In this document: positions 9,609 through 20,520 of the stretch, piece after piece
Position numbering within the stretch: position 1 is the first letter of the stretch
Layout of the letters: each line of letters begins with the position of its first letter
Origin: Peptococcaceae bacterium
GTDB taxonomy: Bacteria > Bacillota > Peptococcia > DRI-13 > PHAD01
Direction: 5' to 3'
DNA: 64,000 nt
NCBI GenBank assembly: GCA_040767105.1
Contig: JAXGPE010000005.1
Span: 3,855 to 67,854, forward strand
Made by a program: the position numbers and the translations under genes
The notes under the pieces: model-generated
What the model saw: only the letters and a program-made list of their open reading frames with translations
What the model was told of the DNA's origin: nothing
The model's database searches: none

Positions 9609-10448
9609 ATGGCAAATATAAAAATTATAACTGATAGTACCGCAGATCTTCCAGTACAATTTATAGAAGAATATGATATTCACGTCGTTCCCCTTAAGGT
9701 CATTTTCAAAGAGAAAATGTATCGTGAAGGCGAAGACATAACGACGGACGAGTTTTATAAAAAGTTGAAAAAGGCTGATCAACTTCCAAGTACTTCTCAA
9801 CCATCTCCCGGAGAGTTTCAGGAAGTATATGAAAAATATACAGCCAATGGAGCGAGTGTTATATCGATACATATATCTGCAGAAATGAGCGGAACGTACC
9901 AGTCCGCTTTAATGGCAAGGAAAAACCTATCGGGAAGAGATATAAGGGTAATTGATAGCAAAAATGTAACATGTGCATTGGGGTTAATTGTCATAGCTGC
10001 GGCAAAGGCAGCAAAAGAAGGCAAAAACCCCGAAGAAATCGAAAAAATAGCATTAGATATCGCAGAAAAAATTAAAGTATATTTCATTGTAGATACACTT
10101 GAAAACTTGCATAAAGGCGGAAGGATAGGCAGAGCAACAGCATTACTGGGTACAGTTTTGAAAATAAAACCGGTTCTGACCATCAATAATGGCATAGTAG
10201 CGCCTTTCGAAAAAATAAGAGGCAAAGGAAAAGCGATCAATAAAATAATATCAATACTAAAGGATCACTCGAGAAAAGAGAAAATAAACTATTGTGTTTT
10301 TATGCATGCCCATTGTTTGAAGGATGCTTTGATACTAAAAGATAAAATCCGAAAAGAGATTGGCGATCATGAAGGATTTATAGGTGAGATTGGCGCCGTT
10401 GTTGGGACGCACGCCGGCATAGGAACATTTGGTATAATATATTACTAG
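9609..10448 (+). CDS. DegV family fatty-acid-binding protein
   Basis: ORF 9603..10448 with ATG 9609. Starts MANIKIITDSTADLP and contains TSQPSPGEF, typical DegV motifs. Confidence 0.9.
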   Translation: MANIKIITDSTADLPVQFIEEYDIHVVPLKVIFKEKMYREGEDITTDEFYKKLKKADQLPSTSQPSPGEFQEVYEKYTANGASVISIHISAEMSGTYQSALMARKNLSGRDIRVIDSKNVTCALGLIVIAAAKAAKEGKNPEEIEKIALDIAEKIKVYFIVDTLENLHKGGRIGRATALLGTVLKIKPVLTINNGIVAPFEKIRGKGKAINKIISILKDHSRKEKINYCVFMHAHCLKDALILKDKIRKEIGDHEGFIGEIGAVVGTHAGIGTFGIIYY

Positions 10449-10492
10449 TATTTGGATTAAAGCATGGTGCATTAATAGTATCTGAAATTGCT

Positions 10493-10520
10493 AAAAAGCA
10501 CAGGAATTCCTGTGCTTTTT
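10493..10520 (+). terminator. Rho-independent terminator after degV
   Basis: aaaaagcacagg-aatt-cctgtgcttttt. Confidence 0.85.
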
Positions 10521-10542
10521 ACCCTAAAATGAAGGAGGAACA

Positions 10543-11220
10543 ATGAACGTCCGATTATTGCCATACAATAAGGAAAACAAAAAAGGGATCGGTATAGTTA
10601 TTACCAATGAAATGGCAACGGTTGAGGATTATCTGGATGAACTGGAAAAATATATTGAAACGTGTCCTTTGGACCGGCTTAGGGCTGATGTTTCGACTTG
10701 TATTGGTTGTGAGGTATGCTGCCAGGAAAGGATGCCATTGACAAATATAGATAAATACAATTTAGCAGCTGTTTTCAATTTAGATGGCTCGGAGGCTGAT
10801 TTTTATAATAAGCACACAAAAACCATAATAAAGGGTAGAAATATTGATATCGTATTTGCTCATGGGGAAGAAGGGAAATGCATTTTGCTTGACAGCAAAA
10901 ATAAGCTTTGCACAAGATACAAAAAGCGTCCCTTTGTCTGCAGGACATATATATGCTGCCCGGTGTCTGAGAGAGCAGAAAGGCTGAGGCAAGAACTGGT
11001 CAATTCTGGGGAAGACGCCTTAGTTGCAGAATGGATCGAGAAGATGCAGAGAGGAGAAGTATTTATATACGAGTTGGGAGAAGAGGCAGACATACGACCT
11101 GAGGATTGGAAGGGAAACGGTTGGACCGGAAAGGATTCTTTCGCGAAAGTATATATTAAAGAAGTGATCAGCGAGAAATTATGGGAAGAGATTTTTGAAC
11201 GAGGAAAAGAAGATGTTTAA
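10543..11220 (+). CDS. YkgJ-family cysteine-cluster protein (UPF0153)
   Basis: 225-aa ORF after AAGGAGG. Has the Cys clusters CIGCEVCCQ and CRTYICCP. Confidence 0.65.
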   Translation: MNVRLLPYNKENKKGIGIVITNEMATVEDYLDELEKYIETCPLDRLRADVSTCIGCEVCCQERMPLTNIDKYNLAAVFNLDGSEADFYNKHTKTIIKGRNIDIVFAHGEEGKCILLDSKNKLCTRYKKRPFVCRTYICCPVSERAERLRQELVNSGEDALVAEWIEKMQRGEVFIYELGEEADIRPEDWKGNGWTGKDSFAKVYIKEVISEKLWEEIFERGKEDV

Positions 11221-11674
11221 TATAGTATTATTCGAACCGGAAATACCAGCAAATACTGGTAACATAGCCCGCACATGCTCGGTGACGGGAACTAGCCTTC
11301 ATTTGATCGAACCGCTGGGCTTTTCGATCGATGACAAACATTTGAAACGTGCCGGATTGGATTATTGGGACGAGCTAGACATCCATATTTATAGTGGTTT
11401 AGAGGTATTCTTTAAAACAGTAAACCCTGCCAGGCTGTATTTTGCAACAACGAAAGCAGGGAATTATTATAATGAAATGAGATTCATACCAGGAGACTAT
11501 ATTATTTTTGGAAAAGAAACAAAAGGATTACCAGAGCAGCTTCTAAAAATCAAGAAAGACTGGTGTATTCGTATTCCTATGAAGGATAATGCAAGATCAT
11601 TAAATCTAAGTAATTCAGTGGCAGTTATTGTATATGAAGCACTTCGTCAAAATAGCTTCACTGAAATGTTTTAA
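11213..11674 (+). CDS. trmL: tRNA (cytidine/uridine-2'-O-)-methyltransferase TrmL (SpoU family)
   Basis: ORF 11195..11674. Start MFNIVLFEPEIPANTGNIARTC at ATG 11213, overlapping the upstream gene by 8 nt. C-terminal SLNLSNSVAV is a SPOUT knot motif. Confidence 0.88.
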   Translation: MFNIVLFEPEIPANTGNIARTCSVTGTSLHLIEPLGFSIDDKHLKRAGLDYWDELDIHIYSGLEVFFKTVNPARLYFATTKAGNYYNEMRFIPGDYIIFGKETKGLPEQLLKIKKDWCIRIPMKDNARSLNLSNSVAVIVYEALRQNSFTEMF

Positions 11675-11749
11675 TGGTACGCCCGGTAGGAATCGAACCT
11701 ACGCACCTGGCTCCGGAGGCCAGCGCTCTATCCACTGAGCTACGGGCGC
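11675..11749 (-). tRNA. tRNA-Arg (anticodon CCG)
   Basis: The reverse complement gcgcccgtagctcagtggatagagcgctggcctCCGgagccag...ggttcgattcctaccgggcgtacca folds as a cloverleaf. Anticodon loop is CTCCGGA and the CCA end is encoded. Confidence 0.9.
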
Positions 11750-11772
11750 ATTTTAATAAAATCAGCACGCAA

Positions 11773-11801
11773 ATTATAAACCATCGATTATTAAAAGTCA
11801 A
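11773..11801 (-). promoter_or_regulatory. Consensus sigma-A promoter for tRNA-Arg (minus strand)
   Basis: The minus strand reads ttgact, 17-nt spacer, tataat, about 24 nt before the tRNA 5' end. Confidence 0.55.
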
Positions 11802-11839
11802 AGTATTTGCGCTGCGTACCAGAAAGGAGAACATATTAA

Positions 11840-13090
11840 ATGCCGGAAATAAAAAATGATGAACGTTTGATAAAAAGAGGCAAAGCAAAACTACGCTGGG
11901 TAAAAGAATTTATGCCAATCCTTAATGTAATAGAAAAAGAGTTTTACCATAATAAACCATTCAAAAATATAAGAATAGCAATATGCCTCCACCTTGAGGC
12001 GAAAACCGGATATTTGGCTGAGGTCCTTAAAGCTGGAGGCGCAGATGTTACTATAACTGCGTCAAATCCATTATCTACACAAGATGATGTTGTCGCAGCG
12101 CTGATGGATAATGGAATACGAGCCAATGCGAGACATGGAGTCAGCGATGAGGAATATACCCTGCATCATTGCCAGACTATTTTGCAAAGACCGCAATTAA
12201 TAATCGATGATGGGGGAGACCTTATAACACTCATGCACACAAAGTTTAGAGACTATCTTCCTGAAGTCATTGGAGGGTGTGAAGAAACTACAACTGGACT
12301 TCAAAGGCTTCGCTCTATGGAAAGAACGGGTGATTTAGCTATACCGGTAATAGCGGTAAATGATGCTTTGATGAAATATTTATTTGATAATCGTTATGGA
12401 ACAGGGCAGTCTGTTTGGGAGAGCATTATGCATACAACAAATCTTTCAATAGCCGGTAAAAACGTTGTTGTTGTTGGCTATGGATGGTGTGGGAAGGGCA
12501 TTGCGATGCGTGCAAAAGGATTAGGAGCAAAAGTAACAGTGAATGAGATAGATCCTGTTAAGGCCAATGAGGCTTTGATGGATGGATTTGATGTAATGAG
12601 CATCTATGAGGCATCTAAAATCGGCAATATATTTGTCACTGCAACAGGTAATTATCATGTAATAAATAAAGAACATTTTGATCAGATGCCGAATGGAGCG
12701 ATTTTAGCTAATGCAGGACACTTTGACGTTGAAATCAATAAGGAAGATTTGAATGCGTTGGCAATTTACAAAGGAGAAATCAAAGAGCATATAGGAGAAT
12801 ATCAAAAACCTGATGGGAAAAAAATATATCTTTTGGCTGAAGGAAGACTCGTGAATCTTGCATCCGGGAATGGTCATCCCGCTGAAATAATGGATATTTC
12901 ATTTGCTATCCAGGCCTTATCATTGCAATATATACTACAAAATAAAAATATAATGGAAAAGGGAGTATTGACTGTCCCGAAAGAGATCGACTACAAGGTT
13001 GCTATGCTTCGTCTGGCCGCATTAGATATAAAGATTGACGATTTAAACGAATTACAGAGAAAATATCTTGAATCCTGGAAGAATAAATAG
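11840..13090 (+). CDS. ahcY: Adenosylhomocysteinase
   Basis: 416-aa ORF after AAAGGAG. Has CEETTTG and VVVGYGWCGKG (NAD-binding) motifs. Confidence 0.93.
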   Translation: MPEIKNDERLIKRGKAKLRWVKEFMPILNVIEKEFYHNKPFKNIRIAICLHLEAKTGYLAEVLKAGGADVTITASNPLSTQDDVVAALMDNGIRANARHGVSDEEYTLHHCQTILQRPQLIIDDGGDLITLMHTKFRDYLPEVIGGCEETTTGLQRLRSMERTGDLAIPVIAVNDALMKYLFDNRYGTGQSVWESIMHTTNLSIAGKNVVVVGYGWCGKGIAMRAKGLGAKVTVNEIDPVKANEALMDGFDVMSIYEASKIGNIFVTATGNYHVINKEHFDQMPNGAILANAGHFDVEINKEDLNALAIYKGEIKEHIGEYQKPDGKKIYLLAEGRLVNLASGNGHPAEIMDISFAIQALSLQYILQNKNIMEKGVLTVPKEIDYKVAMLRLAALDIKIDDLNELQRKYLESWKNK

Positions 13091-15744
13091 ATGAAATCAT
13101 TGAGGAACGAATTGATATTTATTGATCTTGAAACAACTGGTTTGAACCCCGACTGTGATAAGATAATTGAGATCGCAGCGGTTTGGTATGAAGCAAATGG
13201 TTCAAAAAATATTTATCAGAAACTGATCGATCCGGAAGTTGAAATCCCTGAGTTTATTTCCAGATTAACGGGTATAGATAATGCTATGGTAGATTATGCA
13301 CCTCGTGCTGAAGAAATTGTAAAAGAAGTAGATAAATTATTTGAAAACAAAATAATTGTTGCCCATAATGCCCGCTTCGATGTGTCATTTTTGGAAAAAT
13401 TATTATCTAAAAAGTTAGATAATAAAATTATTGATACTCTTGATCTTTGTAAACTTGTGTTCCCTGAATTTGATTCTTATGCGCTACGCAGCATCGCGGC
13501 TTTTTTTGGATTTGCCACTCAATCGGATCATAGAGCTTTGAGTGATGTAGAAATACTTATATCTTTATACGATATTATATATGAAAATATTAAGAACATT
13601 TCAATAACAGTACTTGAAGAGCTTAAAAGCTTGCTTTGGCACGAAAAATATGCGTTAAGCTTACCATTTGCGGAAGTATAAATGAAAAAATCAGTAATAA
13701 TCATGAAATAGTATTTGATAAAAAACCATCAAGCAATTTACAGAGATTGTGCGTGGTGCTCCAAAAAAGAATTTAAGCTGGGATATTTCAGCGATGGAAA
13801 AAATGCTTATCAGGGGAGGCGAGATTTCTAACAGCATTGATGGATATGAGGAAAGAAAATCACAAATTATTACGATGAAAGCTGTGGCCAAAGCTTTTCA
13901 GCAAAGCAGGCATTTGATAGTCGAGGCTGGAACAGGTGTCGGGAAATCAATGGCTTATTTGTTGCCTGCTGTATTATGGTCTTTGACACAAGATGAAAAA
14001 GTAATTATAGCAGCGCATACTATTGCGCTGCAAGAGCAGTTACTCAATAAAGAAGCAGTATTTCTAAAATATGATATTGATTTGGAATTTAAAACAGCAG
14101 TATTAAAAGGACGAAGTAATTATTTTTGCATGAGCAAATGGCTGTCTTATAAAAGTAACGCTATTAAGTACTCATGGAACGAAAGAATATTCACAGCCAG
14201 AATTTGCATATGGCTTTCCAGAGAACATGCAGGGGATAGAGACCATATCAATCTAAATGACTGGGAAAATGATATATATATGCAGTTGAGTTCGACCGCT
14301 GAAAGTTGCTGGGGGAAGGGCTGTCCAAATATAAATATGTGTTTTATGATAATGCCAAACAAGCAGCACACCAGGCAAATATAGTGATAGTAAACCATTC
14401 TCTTCTACTTGCTGATCTAAAAAATGCTGAAAGCATATTACCTGTTTATTCATTTCTTATAATTGATGAAGCACATAATTTGCTTGACGAAGGCAAAAAG
14501 CAGTTCAGCGAAATATTTTCGTTGCGTGAATACGCTAAAAACATAGTCTTTATCCAAAAATATTTGGCGAGATCTAAAAATAATCATATTCAAAGAATCA
14601 ACGAGATCATAAGAGAAATAAGCGAATACCACTTGCTAGAAGGAATGAAAGACTCAATACTGATCTCTCAAGATAAGACGGGGAAAAATGGTGGAGTCAC
14701 CTGCGTGCGTCATGTGAAAATTTAGTTTTAAACACAACATACTTGCTTGAGGAAATCGTATTGATGGAAGAAGAGCAGAAGGCATATAATCTTAAGAACG
14801 TAAATAAACAAATCAAAAACAGTATTGATATAATAAAAAGATTCTTTAACGATATGGATGAAACAAAGAATATTTACTGGATCGAAAAGAATATGCACTC
14901 TATGGAGATGAGCTTTATCATTACGCCTAATAATACTGAGGAATATTTCAGCAGGCTATTATTCAATGCGAAAGAATCGATTATTTTAACTTCTGCCACG
15001 ATGAGTGTTGAGGATAGTTTTACCTACCAGATAAAACATCTTGGTATCCCCGATGAGCTAATTGATTGCAAGATACTTACTTCGCCGTTTTTTTATAGTG
15101 AGCAATCAATCACATTGGTGGATACGAGTATGCCTGATCCCGGAAAAACAAGTGATGCAATATTTAACATCGCCACTGCGGATGCCTTGTTGAATTATTT
15201 AAAAATCGTCGGAGGAGGAACGCTGGTATTATTTACATCACGCAAGCAAATTATAGAAGTTTTTGATATCCTTTATAAAGAGTTAAAAAATATTGGTTTG
15301 GACCTCTTCGCTGATGGAATAAATGGAAGGCGACAAATCTTGATAAATGAAATGAAGAAAAACCCGAATGCAGTGATATTTGGTGCAAGAGCTTTCTGGG
15401 AAGGCATTGATCTGCCCGGAGAATCCTTAAGAACCTTGATAATGGTTCGACTTCCTTTTGATCCACCAACAATTCCTCTTACTGAAGCTATAATGAAGGA
15501 ATATGCGAGTAAAAACAAAGATGGGTTTACTGAATACTGTCTGCCAAGAGCAATTCTACGTTTTAGACAAGGATTTGGAAGATTGATTCGAACACAAAAT
15601 GATCGAGGAGTTTTTGTCGTACTGGATAAAAGATTGATCACCAAACAATATGGACGTGCTTTTATCAATTCTTTACCCCAACAAGAGTATCTTGCAGGAG
15701 ATACAGCAACTCTTGTGGAAGAAGTATCTTCGTGGTTTTCATGA
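13091..15744 (+). CDS. dinG: DinG-type ATP-dependent helicase fused to an N-terminal DnaQ-like 3'-5' exonuclease; frame interrupted about 4 times in this sequence
   Basis: Four ORF fragments (13091..13681, 13749..14384, 14306..14725, 14743..15744) are collinear with Firmicutes DinG. The exo motifs are FIDLETTGL, VAHNARFDVSFL and HRALSDVE. The helicase motifs are EAGTGVGKS, IIDEAHNL and WEGIDLPG. Frame changes lie near 13680, 13740, 14300-14384 and 14725-14743. Confidence 0.8.
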
Positions 15745-15760
15745 CGGGAGGTAGAAATAA

Positions 15761-16416
15761 TTGAAAAAGAATAAATTCCCGGTGATGCCGGAATCTATAG
15801 ATATGATTCTTGCCGGACTTGCTTGTGCGTTGGTATTTTATTATTGGTTTGGCATTTGGGGTGTATTGCCTCCAGTGTTATTTATTGCGTTTGTTTTATA
15901 TTTTTTTCGCAATCCGAAAAGGGAATATATAGGACCAGAAAATGATTTGATTTCACCTGCTGACGGTGTGATCCAGTATATTGGCGAAGTGGATGAAAAT
16001 CGATATATAAAGGGTAGAACGATCAAAATCAGTATCTTTATGAATGTTTTTAATGTTCATGTTAATCGTTTGCCTATTGATGCCAATATCGAATACGTGG
16101 ATTATGTAAAGGGCAAGTTTTTACCCGCGTTTAAGAGTCGGCATCCGATATAAATGAACGCAATTATTTAGGTATTAGCAGCTTGTTATATCCGGACAAA
16201 AAAATTCTTTTGGTCCAGATAACTGGTTTTATAGCCCGCCGCATAGTATGTTGGGCAAAACCGGCAGAAAAATATTCGCGTGGAGATTTGTTTGGATTGA
16301 TTAAGTTTTGGCTCGTGTGTAGAAATATATGTGCCTTTGGGGACTGATATAATTGTACGATGTGGACAAAGGTTCGCGGAGGCGAGACGGTCTTGGGGAG
16401 GATCAAAAATGAGTAA
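15761..16416 (+). CDS. psd: Phosphatidylserine decarboxylase-family protein (short form); frame interrupted in this sequence
   Basis: ORF 15761..16153 (TTG start after GGAGG) continues in other frames as ...ASDINERNYLGI...LLVQITGFIARRIV...LIKFGS.VEIYVP...GRIKNE to the stop at 16414-16416. There are several single-base frame changes. Confidence 0.75.
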
Positions 16417-16909
16417 AAGACTTATTCCCAATATTATTACATTATCAAATATGATACTGAATTCTTTCGCTGAGATACACAATGAATGGACTTTATAAAG
16501 AAGCAGCTGTATCCGTTTTGTTTGCGATGGTCCTGGATGGTATGGATGGAAGATTAGCAAGGCATTTAAATGTTACCTCAGATTTTGGGAAAGAGCTCGA
16601 TTCTTTATCTGACCTTGTCTCCTTCGGCGTCGCCCCAGCTTTGCTCACTTATTCAAGTGTTTTGCTAAACTATAAATTTTAGGATTGATGATATCGATAA
16701 TATTTGTTTTATGTGGAGCGGTAAGACTAGCCAGATTCAATGTTTTGAATATAAAAGAATATTTTGTGGGGATCCCTATAACTTTTGCAGGACCACTTAT
16801 GGCAATATTCGTCTTACTATCGAATAATTTACCGGTCGTGTTTTTTCCAGTACTAATGCTGATACTTGCTGCGCTTATGGTGAGCAATATTAAAGTTCCA
16901 AAATACTAA
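16409..16909 (+). CDS. pssA: CDP-diacylglycerol--serine O-phosphatidyltransferase; frame interrupted in this sequence
   Basis: ATG 16409 (MSKRLIPNIITLSN) overlaps the psd stop. Later fragments 16482..16682 and 16685..16909 carry LDGMDGRLAR...GKELDSLSDLVSFGVAP (CDP-alcohol phosphatidyltransferase motif). Frame changes lie near 16455-16490 and 16680. Confidence 0.8.
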
Positions 16910-16928
16910 GTTTTAGGAGGAATATAAG

Positions 16929-17495
16929 ATGGATCTAGCTAAAATTGAAAAAGCAGTCAGAGATATTTTGATTGCAATTGGTGAAGATCCTGAAAGAGAA
17001 GGATTGATTGAAACACCCAAGCGTTATGCAAAGATGTGTGAAGAGATTTATTCCGGTTTGACGGAGGATCCGCATAAGCACCTCGAGGTTTGTTTTAACG
17101 AACAGCATGAAGAAATGGTACTGATACGCGATATCCCTTTGTATTCCTTTTGTGAACACCATTTGTTGCCATTTTATGGTTTCGCTCACGTAGCCTACAT
17201 TCCGCGTGCGGGCAAGGTCACTGGACTGTCAAAACTGGCAAGGGTTGTTGAAGGATATGCACGGAGGCCTCAACTCCAAGAAAGATTGACTTCTCAAATA
17301 GCTGATGCGCTTGTGCGAGGTTTGAGTCCGCAGGGGGTCATAGTAGTATTGGAAGCTGAACATATGTGCATGACACTTCGCGGAGTCAGTAAACCTGGAA
17401 GCAAGACGATCACCTCTGCGGTCAGAGGGATCTTTCGCTCAAACGAAATAACCAGAGCAGAAGCACTTTCACTAATATTTGGGGGTAAAAAATAA
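16929..17495 (+). CDS. folE: GTP cyclohydrolase I
   Basis: 188-aa ORF with [10 protein letters not shown] and [10 protein letters not shown] motifs. Confidence 0.93.
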   Translation: MDLAKIEKAVRDILIAIGEDPEREGLIETPKRYAKMCEEIYSGLTEDPHKHLEVCFNEQHEEMVLIRDIPLYSFCEHHLLPFYGFAHVAYIPRAGKVTGLSKLARVVEGYARRPQLQERLTSQIADALVRGLSPQGVIVVLEAEHMCMTLRGVSKPGSKTITSAVRGIFRSNEITRAEALSLIFGGKK

Positions 17496-17497
17496 TA

Positions 17498-18283
17498 ATG
17501 AGGATATTGCTGACAAACGATGACGGGATTATGGCTCCAGGCATACAAGCTCTCGCAAAACGAATGGTTGATCTGGGCGAGGTCGTGCTGGTTGCTCCGG
17601 ATACAGAGCGGAGCGCTTCTGGACACGGGATAACCATATTAGACCCAATTAGAGTAAAACCTGTAAAAATAAGCAGTATAAGCGAAGCATGGGCAATATC
17701 CGGAACTCCTGCAGATTGTGTAAAAATGGCTGTGCAGGAATTTTTTAAAGATGGCTGTGACATGATTTTGTCGGGTATAAACCATGGACCCAACTTGGGA
17801 ACAGATGTTCTTTATTCGGGTACTGTTTCTGCAGCAATAGAAGGAAGTATTTTAGGCATTCCCTCCGTAGCAGTCTCGCTTGCTTCTTTTGCTGTTGAAT
17901 CTGATTATTCACTATCAGCAGATATTGCTCATAGCATAGCAGAACAATTGTTCAAGAAGAAGGCTAATCTGCCGCCAAATACACTGTTGAATGTGAATAT
18001 ACCTGATGTTGAAGCAAATCTGATCAAGGGTTATAGAATAACAAAACTGGGAGTGAGAGAATACAGCAATGTTTTTGATAGGCTTGTTGATCCTAGAGGG
18101 AATACATATTATTGGCTTAAAGGAGAACTTGTAAAACAGGATGAAATGGATCCGGATCTTGATACTGTGGCGATCAAGGAAAAATATATATCGATTTCAC
18201 CCGTCCACTTTGATTTGACAAACTATCGAATAATGAAAGATATAAGAAAATGTGGATTTGAAGAACTCAGCTTGAACATATAA
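17498..18283 (+). CDS. surE: 5'/3'-nucleotidase SurE
   Basis: 261-aa ORF beginning MRILLTNDDGI and containing SGINHGPNLG. Confidence 0.92.
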   Translation: MRILLTNDDGIMAPGIQALAKRMVDLGEVVLVAPDTERSASGHGITILDPIRVKPVKISSISEAWAISGTPADCVKMAVQEFFKDGCDMILSGINHGPNLGTDVLYSGTVSAAIEGSILGIPSVAVSLASFAVESDYSLSADIAHSIAEQLFKKKANLPPNTLLNVNIPDVEANLIKGYRITKLGVREYSNVFDRLVDPRGNTYYWLKGELVKQDEMDPDLDTVAIKEKYISISPVHFDLTNYRIMKDIRKCGFEELSLNI

Positions 18284-18408
18284 TTGATGATATGACCAAC
18301 AAAAAGAAGGAATTTAATCTTTTTTGATGTATTTTTATTTATTGTGTTGCTTAAGATATGATTTGCCTGCTGGCAATTGATATACTATTTTTTAAGGAGG
18401 GACCTGTA

Positions 18409-20453
18409 TTGAAAGTATATCCAACCAATAAGATTAGAAACGTGGGCATCCTTGCACATGGAGGAGCTGGGAAGACTTCTCTCGCTGAGGCCATGCTTTT
18501 TAATGCAAGTCATACCACAAGATTGGGCAAGGTGGATGATGGAACTACGACAACAGATTATTTGCCTGAAGAAATCAAAAGAAAAGTAACCGTAAATACA
18601 ACGACGGCCCCGGTCGAGTGGAAAGATCATAAGATCAATTTATTAGATACGCCTGGATACGCTGATTTTATAGGTGAAGTAAAAAGCGCTCTGCGCGCAG
18701 TTGACGGTATGATTTTGATCGTCGATGGAGTTGCAGGTGTTGAGGTACAAACTGAGGTCCATTGGGAGGCCGCAGAAGAATTGGGTATGCCAAGAATTAT
18801 TTTTGTAAATAAACTTGATCGTGAAAATGCAAACTATGAAAGGGTCCTGGATGATCTGAAAAACCATTTCGGGCATCATGTGACGCCGCTGATGATCCCA
18901 ATCGGAAGTGAAGAAAACTTTACTGGTGTTATTAATGTTCTTACAAATAAAGCATATACCGTTGAGGGAAATAAAGTAAAAGAAGTTGCGTTCCCGAATG
19001 AAATGGCAAGTGAAATCGAAACCTATCATGATGCACTAGCTGAAGCAGCAGCCGAGGGTGACGATGAAATAATGCTAAAATATCTTGACGGCGAGGCGCT
19101 AAGTGAAGAGGAAATATACAGAGGATTAAAGCGGGTATTTCTGCAGCAAAAATTGTTCCGGTTTTTTGCGGATCAGCCACTAAAAATATCGGGATACATT
19201 CGCTGATGGATTCAATTATTGAGTTGCTTCCTTCTCCGGCAGATATTCCTGAAATGAAAGATAAAAATCCAGAAACAGAACCCCTTGCAGCCATTGTATT
19301 CAAAACTCTTGCTGATCCATTTGTAGGTAAATTAAGTTTTTTGAGAGTCGTCAAGGGTGTATTAAAGAGCGATATGACATTGTTCAATGTGAACAAAGAG
19401 AAGGAAGAAAGATTTGGATCTCTGATCGTTATGCGAGGTAAGAATCAGGATACAGTAACCGAAGCTCAAGCCGGCGATATTGTCGCGATAGCAAAACTAA
19501 CAGATACTACAACGGGAGATACGCTTGGGGTCAAGGGAAAAACAGAGCCTTTATCCGGGGTAGACTTCCCCGAACCAACATTCTCTGTTGCGGTTGAGGC
19601 TAAATCTAGAAATGACGAAGACAAAGTTGGCATGGCTTTAAACAGGATCATGGAAGAAGACCCGACCCTTCGATTAGAAAAAAATACAGAAACAAAACAA
19701 ACAATATTAACTGGTATCGGTGAACAGCATCTTGATATAGTGATTGAAAGAATGAGTAGAAAATTTGGCGTAGAAGTTAACACGACTACACCAAAAGTTC
19801 CTTACAGAGAAACCATAAGAGGGGCTGCAGAATTTGAATACAAACACAAAAAACAGTCTGGCGGACATGGTCAATATGGGCATGTGAAGTTGAGATTTGA
19901 ACCTCTCCCTGATAAAGATTTCGAATTTGCAGAAACAATTTTTGGGGGAGTCGTACCCAAAAACTATCATCCAGCGGTAGAAAAAGGAGTTCGTGAAGCC
20001 ATGAGCGAGGGCATTCTTGCTGGATATCCCGTTTCTAACATAAAGGTTACTCTTTTCGACGGATCTTACCATGATGTTGATTCTTCTGAAATGTCATTTA
20101 AAATAGCAGCAAACATGTGCTTTAAAAAAGGTGTTGAAAAATCCCAACCGGTTATCATGGAGCCTATAATGAATGTTGAAGTTTATGTGCCTGAACAGTT
20201 TATGGGGGACATTATAAGTGATATTAATGGTAAGCGCGGAAGAATACAGGGAATGGAACCGCAAGGCAAAAAACAGGTGATCAAAGCGCAAGTACCTTTG
20301 GCGGAAATGTATAGATATGCGATCGATTTAAAATCAATCACTCAAGGCCGCGGGAGTTTCTCGATGTCATACGATCATTACGAAGACGTTCCGCACCAAA
20401 TAGCAAAGGAAATAATCGAAAAAGCTGCAAAAACTAAAGCTCAAGAGGAATAG
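18409..20453 (+). CDS. Elongation factor G paralog (EF-G2/PRK12740-like); one frame interruption near 19133
   Basis: TTG 18409 follows AAGGAGGG. G-domain motifs are ILAHGGAGKTS, DTPGYADF and NKLD. Domains II-V continue in ORF 19206..20453. The junction reads aagcgggtatt where aagcggggtatt would restore ...GLKRGISAAKIVPVFCGSATKNIGIHSLMDSIIELLPSP. Confidence 0.85.
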
Positions 20454-20464
20454 TAAATTAAAAA

Positions 20465-20495
20465 GAACCGGATCACTTTCAAAGTGACCCGGTTC
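20465..20495. terminator. Hairpin terminator between convergent EF-G paralog and usp genes
   Basis: gaaccggatcactt-tca-aagtgacccggttc. The T-run is on the minus-strand side (aaaa at 20461-20464). Confidence 0.65.
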
Positions 20496-20520
20496 TGTAC
20501 CAATTAACTATAAAAATAAA

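Noticed and set aside
11750-11839. Possible SAH riboswitch upstream of ahcY (gcgctgcg string).
   Set aside because: The region is explained by the minus-strand tRNA-Arg promoter. It is AT-rich and lacks the GC-rich SAH aptamer helices.
11674-11859. 61-aa plus-strand ORF (MVRPVGIEPTHLAPEAS...). A similar ORF is 25461..25664, and 11658..11888 lies on the minus strand.
   Set aside because: They are translations across tRNA genes. The GIEPT / ESNPQPTD strings are the classic T-arm read-through artefact.
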